A stretch of DNA of 64,000 bases from the human T2T-CHM13v2.0 reference genome, Homo sapiens. The translations under genes and the position numbers were made by a program. Under the pieces are notes generated by a model. It was given only the letters and a program-made list of their open reading frames with translations. It made no database searches and was not told where the DNA came from. Positions within the stretch are counted from its first letter, which is position 1; the number at the start of each line of letters is the position of its first letter. The stretch lies in NCBI RefSeq assembly GCF_009914755.1, contig NC_060926.1, one strand, 5' to 3'. This document shows, piece by piece, positions 12,801-25,512 of the stretch.

Positions 12801-13167
12801 GGTAGCAGTTTACTGTATTATTCTGTTCTCATGCTGCTAATGAAGATACCTGAGATTGGGTAATTTATAAAGGAAAGAGGTTTAATTGACTCACAATTCC
12901 ACATGGCAGGGAAGGCCTCACAGTCATGGCAGAAGGCAAATGAGGAGCAAAGTCATGTCTTACATGGCAGCAGGCAAGACAGCATTTGTGGGGGGAACTC
13001 CCCTTTATAAAACCATCGGATCTCAGGAGACTTATTCACTATCATGAGAATAGTACAGGGGAAACCACCCCCATGATGCAATTATCTCCACCTGGCCCCG
13101 CCCTTGACATGTGGGGATTATTATAATTCAAGGTGAGATTTTGGTGAGGACACATCCAAACCATATC
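9877..13167 (-). mobile_element. Complete THE1 (C/D-like) MaLR element: 3' LTR 9877-10231, internal 10232-12813 (interrupted by MER11), 5' LTR 12814-13167
   Basis: Two related LTRs flank THE1-int sequence; ORF 12407-12724(-) is the MaLR internal ORF remnant (LELPGDQLNGFDQNADSDMD); TCCAC at 9872-9876 and 13166-13170 fits a TSD with a small slip deletion. Confidence 0.95.
10744..11730 (-). mobile_element. MER11 solo LTR (HERV-K HML-8) nested in THE1-int
   Basis: Reverse complement begins tgttgcgggaagtcagggaccctgaacggaggg; perfect 6-bp TSD GATCTG (10738-10743 / 11731-11736). Confidence 0.93.
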
Positions 13168-13646
13168 CACCAAGCTTCAAATGAAGGATTAACATGGGTC
13201 CAGTGATGTCCCTCCAATTTGTAGAAGAGAAAACTGCAGGTGAAGAAGTTAAGTGTCTTATGGTATCTCACAACAAATGAGGGTCAGTCAGGAACTTAAA
13301 GCCAGGGTTTCTGAGTCTGAATCCTGCATTCTCTCCACTACCTGCTGCTGCCTTTTCATTGAGCTTATGAATGGAGAGCAGCTCCAAACAAATCTACAGC
13401 CACTGGCACTTCACGTGGGTTTTGTTCCTGGTGGTTTGTTTGGTGATATGTATCTCCTGTGTGGGCTTGACTGTGGGCAGGGAGTCAGGCCAGGGTAGCA
13501 GTAAGTCCTCACTTCTGCTTGGTTAAGCATGAGCTCCCAAAGGAGGTGGGACTGTAATTAATAGGCTTTACTGTGAAATAATTGTTATAAACCAAGCTGC
13601 TGTCAGGAAAACTGAAAGCAGACATGGCAGAAAATTCAGCCCCGGC

Positions 13647-14211
13647 TGTAAGTTAAGGGCTGTGCTTTGGTCAAGGATAGGCTGAGGTAAACATCCAGAG
13701 TGACTCAGCAAGTCTAGAGTGCGGGCGTATAACTCCACTTGTTATCATAACCGTGTAGACATAACGTAGAGAAGCTCACCACCACAGCCATAACATAGGT
13801 AATGGTTATCACTTGGCTCTAAGCCACTATTTTCTGTAAAAGGTATAGTTGCCCTGTTGACACTGTGCAGGTGCTCACACCAAGAGAAAGAGAGAGAGCC
13901 AAAGTTGTCCATCTTTGCAGACGGACAGGAGGGAGCCAGGACACAGCTCGGCTTGCTGGTGCCCAGAAAAAGAGAGTTAAGCTGATGACCCTGATGGCAA
14001 CGGAGAGCCAGCTGCTGAAAGGAGCCACAGCCGACTCAAGCAGCTGAGACAGGGCGGACAGTGTGAGAAAGCTGTTGATGAGAGCTGCTGCCAAATAAAA
14101 TCATCTTTCACCTGCCTACGGCCAGCCCCCACCACCCCAGAGTTCTTTCTGCTCATCCCCCCACTCCCTTCGGACCTCAGCATGACATTTTGTGTAGCTG
14201 TGAACCTGACA
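13647..14211 (+). mobile_element. LTR18-like ERVL solo LTR
   Basis: tgtaag...tgtgctttggtcaaggatagg...gagtgactcagc; AATAAA near 14094; ends gaacctgaca; TSD ccggc/ccgac. Confidence 0.8.
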
Positions 14212-14309
14212 CCGACCGTGCTGTGCTGGACTATGTGGCTGGTGGAGGCGTCACGCTATCCTGTAGCCATCCATCGCTGGATTTGTTTCTCCTTCCAGTT
14301 TCTGAACAC

Positions 14310-14440
14310 AGGATTTGGAGTTAGAAACTCTGGCTTTAAATTGTGGACTGACCCTCACTGGTTATGAGATGGTGTAAGTCACTTAACTTCTTCACCTGCA
14401 GTTTCGTTTTCTATAAGTTGGAGGGTTATCATGGGATAAC
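14310..14440 (+). mobile_element. MIR fragment
   Basis: tttggagttagaaac...aagtcacttaacttcttcacctgcagtttcgttttctataag. Confidence 0.55.
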
Positions 14441-14877
14441 CCTCTAATTTACAGAATGTAACCCGCATGTTAATCCACCCTCACGTTAATTCTTCATCTG
14501 ATGCTCAGGAACCTTGCCTCCCAGTACCTGTGCTCCAGTGTCCTCTCCACTCATGTGCCACAAGAGCCAGCCACCAAGTCCTGCTAGAAGCTGCATGTGG
14601 GCCAAGATCCACACAGAGCCCTAGAATCAGCGAGTTGACCTCTGCGCCTGGGTTCCACCTCAGTCCCCACCCTGTGTCCTCACAGTTCTTCTGAGAGCTG
14701 AGTCTTGGTGTCACTCACCAGACTGTGCCCCTGAGGACAGCACTTGGCATTGTGTTTGTGTTTTCAAATGTTTGAGAAGCGAATAAATCAAATCCAATTA
14801 TAGGCTTTCCTGCCAGCCATCCAGTTGGAACATGCCTGGAACACTGAGGGGATGGTGTGAGAGAGTGATGGGTTAAC

Positions 14878-15270
14878 TGTTTAACCCATTCAGGCTTCTG
14901 TAACAAAACACCATGCACTGGTTGGCTTGTAAAAAACAAAATTTATGGCTTCTAGTTCTGGAAGCTTAGAAGCCCAAGATCAAGGCACCAGCAGATCTGG
15001 TGTCTGGGGAGGGGCTGTTCTTCACAGACAGTGGCTTCTGGCTGTGTCCTCACATGGTGGAAGAGTGGGGCAGCTCTCTGGGGTCTCTTTTATAAGAGCA
15101 CTAACCTGATTTGTGAGGGCTCCACCCTCATCACCTCCCAAAGGCCCCACCTCTCAATACCCTCATATTAGGGTATCAGGATTAGGATTTCAAATATGAG
15201 TTTGAGGGTTATGATTCCAAATATGAATTAGAGTTAGGATTTGAAATATGAATTTGGGGGGATACGTTCA
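14878..15270 (-). mobile_element. MLT1A-family MaLR LTR
   Basis: ccaagatcaaggcaccagcagatctggtgtctggggaggg...gctctctggggtctcttttataagagcactaa...cacctcccaaaggccccacctc. Confidence 0.88.
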
Positions 15271-16533
15271 TGAAGAGTTCTTAGAGGACAAAGGAAATGA
15301 AGGCAGTGGCATGGAGGGCACGAGGAACCAGCTGACCTGAGTGAGCTCTTTGAGTGAGGAATTAGGGAGGTAGAGTGTGGGTGAGGGGCCAGGGATGGGA
15401 TGGGCTGCTCTCCCAACCATTCAGACCTGGCATGATGCAGTGGGCAGTGTAGGTGGGAGTCACAGGGGGACATGACATGCTGGGGAGGAGGGTCTGGATC
15501 AGGAAGGCCGATGCCAGGTGGCAGAGCCAGGCCCACCAGGGAGGGAAGACACCTGAGCCTGTGGAGTTGGAACCCTGAGTCTGTGGAGTTGGAGCCCACA
15601 AGCCGAGAAACAGGATGGAGGGAAAATCTTGAAAATTTATAGATATTAGATATTAGTAAATATAGTGAAACTGCCTTTTCCTAACATGAAGCGTAGTTGA
15701 TGAATGTTTGTTTTGTTAATGGTGAAACCGTTCTACATTTTTCTCTTTTAGGATTCTTTCTGCATGGGCCCATTAGTCACTGTTTTATAAATCAACTAGA
15801 CTCTCCTGGGAACGTAGATGTTCTTTTGCTGATTTATACGAAGGGGGGCCTTCCTGTGTTCGCAGGGATGATCTCTGTGCTGTTCAGGTTGACTTTAGAG
15901 AGTTCCCCCATTGCCAGGTTTGCAGGCTGAGGAAACAAGGTAAAGAAACAATTCTTTCTTTTTTATGGAAGCAGGTATTAGATTCATTACTCAGGTTACA
16001 GGCTAAGCTAGTCTTCTCTCCCTTTTTCCTGTAGATCACCCCTGATTTTCTTGGTCAGTGACTGATTTTTATCAAGGCGAGGACAGAATGGATGCAGGGC
16101 TGTGGGTAGGCCACCTCTTCATGCTGGCATCGTCATCAAAAGGCAGCGTGCGCATGACTCCTGGGGGCTCCAGGTCAGCCTCTGGGTACCCACTCTCTTA
16201 GTCATAATCTCCCTCTGCAAATTTTTATTTAAAAAGCAGCAGAGAGCTCTTCAAAGTCTTCTTCTCCAGCCATTAAGCTGCTCCTATTTCGTGCTGGCAC
16301 TCAAATCGTAGCCACAGTTGTCCTGGGAATCGTGCGTTTCTCCTGCTCATGGCTGTTGGAGGCATGGCTTTGCTTTTAGCTCCAAGTACAGTCAGGTGAG
16401 GAAGCCAGGAAACTTGCCTCACATTTCAACCTGAACTCTGGCCTTGGCGGAAGGGAAGGGGACCTGGGAATGGAACCCTGTGAATCAGGCCTTCCTGGGT
16501 CCCTTTGTGCCTCCCTTGAATCCAGAGTCAGCA

Positions 16534-16559
16534 TTTTTTTTTTTTTTTTTTTTTTTTTT
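16534..16559. repeat. Isolated poly(T)26 tract
   Basis: Direct count; no adjacent Alu or L1 body. Confidence 0.95.
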
Positions 16560-17349
16560 GCAGAGCTCAAATCCAGCAGCAGTTCCCTGGAGCCAAAGGG
16601 AAAAGGCAACCCTGAACTCCCAACACCCACTCAATCCTAGGAGCCCACTCACTCTTCTTTCTCCCAAAAATACACCTCCAGACTTCTCTTCTCACCTACT
16701 TACTTCCCCAACTATTCAAACTGCTATGACTAGATTCTGGGGTGAGAAGTGGAGGCCGGGGGGCTTCCTAACTCTCTGGATGCTGCCCTCAGGCAGGTGT
16801 GATGTGTCCTGTCCAGCAAGGCACTGTCCTGCTCACTGTGCCTGCTGCAGCCAGCTCAGTGTCACCCTGTGATCTTGGCACTGGCATATGGTCTCCTGAG
16901 TTTTTGGCTATCCACTCACTTTGGTTTAGATGGGCTGTCTACTAAACAGGAGTGGGAATCTACTCCTGACTATACTTCCTTTGGGTAACATAACTCCCCC
17001 ACCTCTTGGCCTCAGCCCTGGCACCAAAGGCTGCCAGGGGCCTACAGGGCTCTCCCATGGCCTACAGGGCTTCTTAGGGTGGAAGATATTCAGATGCCAT
17101 CTGTGCCCAGAGGGCTCAGAGGCTAAATTTCTGTCTTTCCCTATGCTCAGACAGCCTGTCATAACCTTAGCTTCCTCACTTGTGTTGGAGGCTTTCTGGA
17201 AACTTCCTTGAGCTGCAGGCATGAGTAGGTTCATAGTAGGGGCCAAAGACACCAGCTGGTGAAGACTGCGGATGCTTTCATCCAGTGACATTTGGATGAC
17301 GAGTGCAGACATATAAAGCAGGAAAATCATGCTATTTGGAGGATGGAGA

Positions 17350-17625
17350 GCTGCATTCTAGTTGAGCTGTCACTCACCACAGCCCTGACTGTGGACATAC
17401 TCCTTCACCCTGTGGGTGGCAGTTTATCCTTCTGTGAAATGGAAGGGATGTGTTCTTAGCAGTATTGCTATAAGGACTAAAAATACAACTGGCACAGAGT
17501 AGGCATCCTCAATAAATGCCATTTCTTTCTTCTATCTGCATCCTCAGCCTTTTAGTGTGTGTGAAGAAAAAAATGAGTTAATTCACGTGAAAGAATTATT
17601 TAAGCTCCATGAAGTACTTTATATA
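17350..17625 (+). mobile_element. MIR fragments
   Basis: cagtttatccttctgtgaaatggaa...ctggcacagagtaggcatcctcaataaatg; aatgagttaattcacgtgaaag. Confidence 0.55.
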
Positions 17626-18856
17626 TCTTCCCAATTCCTCTTCTTATCACTAGGATCAGAAAACATGGACCACGTAAAGTGGCCCATGCTATCTCTACTG
17701 ACGAAGGAAACCCTTGCACAAACCAGGAAGCGTGGAGAAGACAGGAGACAGAGGGATCCACCAGGAAGGGCGGAAATGCAGCTTCAACACCCTCCCCTCA
17801 GGTCAATTTGAAATTCTGGATTCGGCATCTACTGACCCAAGGGAGTGCACGTGGCATCCTGTGTGCAGCACCTTCGGACCCAGCTGTGGTAGAACCTGGC
17901 ACAGCCAGTGGGCCCTGTCACGGTGGCCTGGAGGAGCCCCAGAGGACAGCGACAGGAACCAGGACCCTGGCAGGGTTTATTTTCCAGTTTCTGGGTAAAG
18001 AGGAAAGAACTGAGACTAGGAATAGAACCTGGAAACCAGCCGCACATGCAGGTAGAGTCTGGCTGGGGCCCCCACATGGATCGCGATACGTGGGCCACCC
18101 TCACAGCATGACTGAGCTCAAGCCACATCCGTGCTCCCAGCCACTGCCTGAGCTGGGACCCACTGCCCTCTGCCCCCATGCTGCTTCCACAGGCATGTGC
18201 AGCCTTGGATGTGGGCCAGGGCCGGGCAGGGGATGCTCTGACAGGACAGTTTGGATAGATGAAGGTGAAGGGCATAGAAGCCCTTACTGCATTCAAGATG
18301 CTAATTACACTTGCCCATTTAGTTTTTAGTCAAAATCAATGTTTTACTCTCATTTTCATTTTATGCATGTTGTCATAAGTGGGAAAAAAGACTGTCTTGT
18401 CAGAATGATTGAATCTTCCATGAAATGAAAGCCATTTCCTGAATACTGTCCATTCAAGAGAATAAAAAGGAAGGAGAGTGCCATGAGCTTCAGAAACTTG
18501 GCCTTTACAGTTATGGCAATTGGAACACTTCTACCAATCTGTATGTTTTCTTATTTCTGAAAATTGTGTAAGTAATATAAGACTAATAATGCTGGCAAAT
18601 CTATTGCAGTCTGATAATTTGCATTGCAGTGTGACATTGGAAGACAGAGAATCCCTGCCTAAAATTTACATAATCACAACTATTCAACAAGCTAATTCTC
18701 AACACAAAGACAATTTAGAAAATGTAAAAAATTAATGTCTGTATTATTTTAAGCCCCACTATTTCTGCTTTGTAAAACATAAAGACATGCTGTTTCCTGG
18801 GAAGTTATGTAAACAGATCAAATATTTAAGTATTTGATTACTATTAAATATCTGGG

Positions 18857-19210
18857 TGATATGGTTTCACTGTGTCCCTACCTAAATCTCAACTTGAATT
18901 GTATCTCCCAGAATTCCCACATGTGTTGGGACGGACCCAGAGGGAGGTAGTAGAATCATGGGGGCCAGTCTTTCCCATGCTATTTGGGTGATAGTGAATA
19001 AGTCTCACGAGATCTAATGGGTTTGTCAGGGGGTTCAGCTTTTGCTTCTTCCTCATTTTTACTTTCTGTCACCATGTAGGAAGTGCCTTTCACCTCCTGC
19101 CATGATTCTGAGGACTCCCCAGTCATGTGGAACTGTAAGTCCAATTAAACCTCTTTTTGTTCCCAGTTTTCAGTATGTCTTTATTAGAAGCATGAAAATG
19201 AACAAATACA
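18857..19210 (+). mobile_element. THE1A-like solo LTR
   Basis: tgatatggtttcactgtgtccctacctaaatctcaac...gcttttgcttcttcctcatttt...aataca; perfect TSD CTGGG (18852-18856 / 19211-19215). Confidence 0.95.
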
Positions 19211-20004
19211 CTGGGCATACTTAGACACTTAGAATAAGAAAATGATGAATAATTTAATTATGGAATGCGCATGTCAGCATTTACCTAATAAGGAACACAT
19301 CAGATTTTCTTTTGACGAGTGCCAACTGATAAAAACAACCACATTAACACCTGTAGTTTTGGAAGCTGCCAGGTGATCGTTCAAATCTATTCTGGTAATG
19401 TGAAAGCATTTGGACATTTTCCTATCCTCTGCCCATGCTTAGTTTCAAGAGAGTAACTCAAAACTAGTACTTTCCTTTCAGCATTTGTAGCTTTAAGACG
19501 GTTTCTTACAATGGTTCTGTCTTACCTCTGTCCTCAACCCAAGTCTTCTTTACTCAAAGCTCCTCCAAATATGATCTCAAAACTATAGAAGGCAAACTCT
19601 GGAAAGAACCTTATATATCATCTGCACTAGTAATTTTGAAACCATATCATTAAGAAAATAATTTACACAATTTATACAAGAAGTAAAAATATTGATGTGG
19701 GGAGGAGAAGGGTTTCCCTGTTAAGTGCCCTGTTCACCATGAACACCCCCCAGCAGTGTTCCAGAACTAGGTCAACATAGAACACAACTTTAAAACCTCT
19801 GTCTTAGTCCTACTCCCCGAGGTGTAGAAGAAGGAAGTGAGTACTGTTTATACATTACAGAGAGTGTGTTTATCATAGATGCTCAATGTGTTAGAGGCAG
19901 AGTTGGAGAAGATAGGTTGTAGAGTTGTTAAGCACAGGATGACACCTTCATATTTTTGTGACCCAAGAATTTTGTGACATGGTTACCCCATGACACACAC
20001 TTGA

Positions 20005-20052
20005 TGACATGCAAGAGTGGGTGATTGGTGACATGCAAGAGTGGGTGATTGG
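20005..20052. repeat. Perfect 24-bp tandem duplication
   Basis: tgacatgcaagagtgggtgattgg twice (20005-20028, 20029-20052). Confidence 0.95.
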
Positions 20053-20516
20053 GGTCCTAGAGACACAGACACTCTCATAAAGAACCAACGCAGACAGACT
20101 GAGTGCAAAAGCTTCGGAAGGATAGAGAGTATTGTTTTGGAGATGGGAGCTTGTAAATATTTTACAGCGGGCAATTCTAATCTCTATAGTTTAGCTGACC
20201 CAATGCCCATAGAGGGGGCTAAGAAATATGGTCTTGCCTTTGAGTTGTGTGAAAATGTCTTCCCAATGTAAGTTTTCCTGGACTATAAGGCAAGAAAAGA
20301 CATAGTGGCAAGCATGGGGGCATTTTTGGACAGGCACCTTCTCACGAGTTCAGGTTCCTTTGCTCCCAGCCTGCTGACACTGGTGACCTGGGTTTTGAGG
20401 CTGGCTGAGTGGAAGCTGGAGGGCTCTAGGAAGGACTTGGCAAGAGCAGAGTTGTTGGGAGAAGCCGGGCCGCAAGCTAGAGTCACAGTTTCCTCCACTC
20501 ACCCACAGGGAGGATT

Positions 20517-20728
20517 ATTTTTTTTCTGTGACAGGTTCTCCCTCTGTCCCCCAGGCTGGAGTGCAATGGTGCAGTCATGACTCACTGCAGCCTCAACCTC
20601 CCTGGGCTCAGGTAATCCTCCCACCTCAGCCTCCCAAGTAGCTGGGATGACAGGCACATGCCACCATGCCTAGCTAATTGTTGTGTTTTTTTGTAGAGAC
20701 GGGGTCTTGCCATGTTGCCCAGGCTGGT
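20517..20728 (-). mobile_element. AluJ, 5'-truncated
   Basis: Poly(T) then caggctggagtgcaatgg...ctcactgcagcctcaacctccctgggctcaggtaatcctcccacctcagcctccc...gccatgttgcccaggctggt. Confidence 0.92.
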
Positions 20729-20904
20729 AGTATGGAGGATTCTTGAGAAATAATTTGTGAAGGTTTGAAACTCTGTCCCGCATTTCCCTTTACCTCTGCT
20801 ACCTTCTCTCTTTCTTCCAAAAAATGAAAATGAGTAAAACCTAGGGTACCCATTTCATTTTTCTGTTGAGTTTGGTTAAATGTGGGAGGCACCATCTATG
20901 AAGA

Positions 20905-21070
20905 GATTCTATGCTCACCAGCTCATCATCCAAAATGCTTGGGAGGCCCTAAAAACATACAGATTCCTGGGCCAGACATCTAGACATTTGTACTGGGCTG
21001 GGGTCTGGGAATCTGATTTTTAAAAAGCTTCCCGGAGTGTTCTAAAAACTAGGCAGGTTTGTGAGCCACT
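20905..21070. mobile_element. MER5-family DNA transposon remnant
   Basis: cagattcctgggcc...ggggtctgggaatctgatttttaaaaagcttccc...aggtttgtgagccact. Confidence 0.6.
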
Positions 21071-21885
21071 TGTTTAGTAGAGGAGCTCACTCTACTGAGG
21101 ATACTTATTCTCACTATTCCCACACCCCACCCTCTATAGTGGCCTATCACCACACCTGGGGTTGGAATCCTATTGCCTGCCCAGGTGCTCCAAGGTGTCC
21201 CTGGGGTATCAAGGGGCTGCTGACTGCAGCAGAGAGCCCACTCCCAGTGACCACACTTCCTTAGGACATTGCTCCCAAACTCTGCCTCCTGCAGATAATT
21301 CTCTCCCCTCTTCTGGGACATAAATTTGCCTAGGCCCTTTGCTTTGTTAGCAGTAGACTGGGACATGCAGTGCTTGCTTCAGACATGGTGGAGCCCCACC
21401 ATGGCCTCTACCGGGCTGCCTGTCTTCCTGGAAACATTAGTTCCCTCCATTGCTGCCCATTATGGGAAGCAGACTGTTAACTTGACTGTTAACAAGAGCA
21501 TTACCCAACACAACATTCAAATTTCCTTCAGATAAAATCTGGGTCAAATATTTGCTTTTCCACATATATCTCATTTATTCAGTCCATTATAACCATTTAT
21601 TTGGAATCATACATATGGAGACTAGAAAAGAGCTTGGGTATCATGACATCTAATTTCTGTATCTTATACAGAAACTAAACCCAGAGAGAGGAAATAATTC
21701 AACCGGAGAGATCTGTTAGTTACAGCAGAGCCTATGAGCAGCACCTGATCCACCCCCTTGCTCCCTGGCTACAGACTTGGGCATAATAAAACGTTGTAGA
21801 TTTAATATGGCCACCTGTGCAAAGAGGCCTCTCCTCTACACCTGTAAAATCTAGACGCAAAGGTGATTGAAATGCTTGGTGCTTC

Positions 21886-22242
21886 TGATATGATTTAGCT
21901 GTGTCCCCACCCAAATCTCACCTTGAATTTTAACTCCCACAATTCCCACGTGTCATGGGAGGAACCCAGTGGGAAGTGATTGAATTATGGGGTCGGGTCT
22001 TTTCTCTGCTGTTCTCATTATAGTGAATGAGTCTCACGAGATCTGATGGTTTTAAAAAGGGGAGTTTCCCCACATAAGCTCTCTTCTCTTGTCTGTCGTC
22101 ATGTGAGATGTGCCTTTTGTCTTCCATTATGATTGTGAGGCTTCCCCAGCCACGTAGAATTGTAAGTCCAATTAAACCTTTCTTTGTAAATTGCCCAGTC
22201 TTGGGGATATCTTTATCAGCAGCATGAAAACGGCCTAATACA
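21886..22242 (+). mobile_element. THE1 (B/C-like) solo LTR
   Basis: tgatatgatttagctgtgtccccacccaaatctc...ctaataca; TSD gcttc/gcctc. Confidence 0.95.
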
Positions 22243-22844
22243 GCCTCCAACCCACGTTCTCCTCAGTTCTGAAAGCAGGTGTCCTGTTGTATGATGTACC
22301 CGCCTGTAACAGCTTCAGAACCTGAGGTTCTATTTTTGGCAAGCCACTTTTATCCCATTCACTGTTTTTCTGCTCTAGAGAATCTTTTCACAAGAAATTC
22401 ACTTTGTTTCATTTGATTTGAAGGAGACATGGGGTGCTCCTCATTTTCCAGGGCTTCAAGGACATGAGCTGGCTGCTACTTTGAGCCAGGAATTGAGAGA
22501 GGAAACTCTTTGGCATTCCTGACCTTTATTTTGCATTTTGAGGGGGTTCATGTGGCTCCCGACTTTGGGTTCACCCCTAGCTAGTCTCAAATGGGAGTAA
22601 AAACTAAGTCCCCTGGCCCTGTGCTAGAGGCCACCCTGAATCTCACAGAGGTGGGGAAAGGTGTGAGGAAGCCAGGTGTGCAGAGGACATCAGTTCATTC
22701 AATCTGCACAACAGCCTCCAATATCTCCCTCTTTTGTAGATAAAGCAGCTAAGGTTCAGTGAGTGTAAGTGACACACAACAGAGCCCCTGCTTCAGAATC
22801 AGTCAGCCGGGGGATTGGATCTCACTGAGCACTGAGCAGCACAC

Positions 22845-23402
<558 letters not shown>

Positions 23403-23439
23403 GCTACTTAATTTGCATCTAATACTTGGTTTCATTACC

Positions 23440-23820
23440 AATTAAGTGGTGGTGTTCCGAGAATTGGATGAGACAATATATGGGACTCACCCAGTACAGT
23501 GTCTGGCATACAATAAGCATTCAATAAATAATAACTACACCGTTACTATTATAATAGTCATTGATTAAGGGTTTACCCCTACTACGTGACATCTATTTGA
23601 TTTCAAATGAGAACATGGACTAACATTTATGGAGCCTTTCCTATGTATCTGGTACCATGGCAATTATTAGACGAGTGATTTCATTTCATCTTTAAACGTC
23701 TTATGAAGCAGGTGCTATCCTCACCTCCATTTTGCAGGTGAGAAAACTGAGCTTTGAAGGGCAAGGACCTTGACTCAGGTGACCCTGCTGGTTAGTCAGA
23801 GCCCAGACCCTGAGCCCGAC
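23440..23820. mobile_element. Two MIR fragments, tail to tail (+ about 23440-23545, - about 23620-23820)
   Basis: cagtacagtgtctggcatacaataagcattcaataaat; ctccattttgcaggtgagaaaactgag. Confidence 0.7.
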
Positions 23821-24559
23821 CACCGGGAGCCCTGGTGAGCAGCCTGCACCCCCTACCCAGGCCATGATTAAGGTCTGCCCGGGTGTCTCCAGCTCTCTGC
23901 TGTTCTCTACTTGCTTGTTCAAAGCTCACTTGTCTCCACACAGAAGCGTGAATACTAAGCTCACTCTGGGAGCTCATGATTGTCAGATTCTCTGTGGCCT
24001 TCTGCAATGCAAGAACGCAGATAGTGAAAATTTATACATATTTTTAATCTATTAAAACCAGTATTTAGCACTAATGCATATGCTAAAATCATCCCTCAAA
24101 ATTACATATTTATTTTCTAATTGTAGCTCATTCTTAATGTCCTATTGTGTATTAAAAGGTGAGATAGTATTTCAGTTTTTGACATGTTTTATACTGAGAA
24201 GGCTTTAAAAATCCTTATTACTCCAATCAACTGTGTGAAGTTGATTTAGTGAGCCCACATTTGGGTGGGAAATGTAAATGGCCTAGGATACATGCAAGCA
24301 CAGGAGGTGAGAGTTTGTGGAGGAATTGTTCTGTGTGGGAGAGAGATGGTGAGAAACTTTGTGAGATATTTATTAACAAATCCTTTGGAAGTCCAGGTAG
24401 CAGCAGATCCCCATCCCTATTCTCCAGAGACTGGGGAGGAGGACTGCCCCAGTTTGCAGGAGCTCTGCTTGTTCAAAGGTTCTTCCTTATGCTGAGTTGA
24501 AAGGCGCCTTTTGAGCCAATATGGAAAATATTGAACCCTCTTCTTTTCTGGCATGTTGT

Positions 24560-24770
24560 AGTTTTTTGATGACAGGTTTTTCTTTCAGTCTTTTCTTTCT
24601 GGCTAAATAGTTTTGGTTTGCTTAGCTGTTCCTCAGAAGGCACCCTGGTTTCCTTGTTTGTCATTTTCCCATTCTGGGTGGCTCCTAGAACTGAATGAAA
24701 TATTTTAGCGGCATAGGTGAGACAGTATCATCTCCTTAACTTGCACCTCACTTGTTTTAATGTAACCCCA
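24560..24770 (-). mobile_element. L3/CR1 LINE fragment, left part
   Basis: tcagtcttttctttctggctaaatag...gttcctcagaagg...ctggtttcc...ctagaactgaatg...gtatcatctcctt resembles the antisense CR1 ORF2 3' region. Confidence 0.5.
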
Positions 24771-24779
24771 AAATTTTAA

Positions 24780-25500
24780 AGAAGAATATGCTTTTTCATT
24801 ATTTAAAATTAAAGGAGAAAAGATAATCACATCCCTGTACCTCTTTCTCAGAATTAATTAATATTATTTTTTGCTTATATTTCCTTCATATTTTCTCTAA
24901 AAAATAAACACTATGGGTATAATTGAAATCACCAGTATTCTGTTCAGTCCTCTGTCAGTCAGCTTTCCCTAGGTCGCTCAGCACTAGCAAAATTCCTAAC
25001 ATCTCAGGAGTTTACAACAACACAGCTTTATTTCTCATTCATGTTAAATAAAAATATTCACCAATATTTTCTTCTAATATTTTAAGCATTTTTTCATATA
25101 TGGTTTATTCAGCCATTAGGAGATTATTTCACTGTATAATGTGAGGTTGGTACTTAATTTTATCATTGTTTTTACCTGTGAGTGGTGACTACGTGAACAC
25201 TGTTTCCCCACTGATTTGTAGTACCTTTTCCATCATATTCCAAGACCGCACGAGTGAGTCTAAGACCTTTTGTACTAAAGATATGTGTGTCTATCCCAAT
25301 GCTAATGCCGCCCTATCAGTTGATATCGCTTTATAATGAATCTTAGCAACTGGAGGGCAAGCCTCTTGTCCTCGTTGTTCTTATTCAGAATTTTCAGAAC
25401 TATTCTTGAACATCTGATGTTTGTTCTCACCTTTAAAATCGATTTGCCAAGTTCCATAAAAAAACGCTATTAGAACAACCTTGTTCATTTCATTTTTTTT
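24780..25500 (-). mobile_element. Old L1 (L1ME-like) fragments with a short MLT1-type piece at about 24953-25045
   Basis: gctttataatgaatcttagcaactggagggcaagcctc...ttcagaattttcagaactattcttg; acatctcaggagtttacaacaacacagctttatttctcattcatgt. Confidence 0.6.
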
Positions 25501-25512
25501 CAAATCTTATAT

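Noticed and set aside
16534-16559. Poly(T) as the tail of a retrocopy
   Set aside because: No recognisable retroposed body or TSD adjacent
17679-18329. Longest ORF in the window (216 aa) as a real gene
   Set aside because: GTG start, no recognisable domain, overlapping ORFs of comparable length on both strands in a GC-richer patch; consistent with chance
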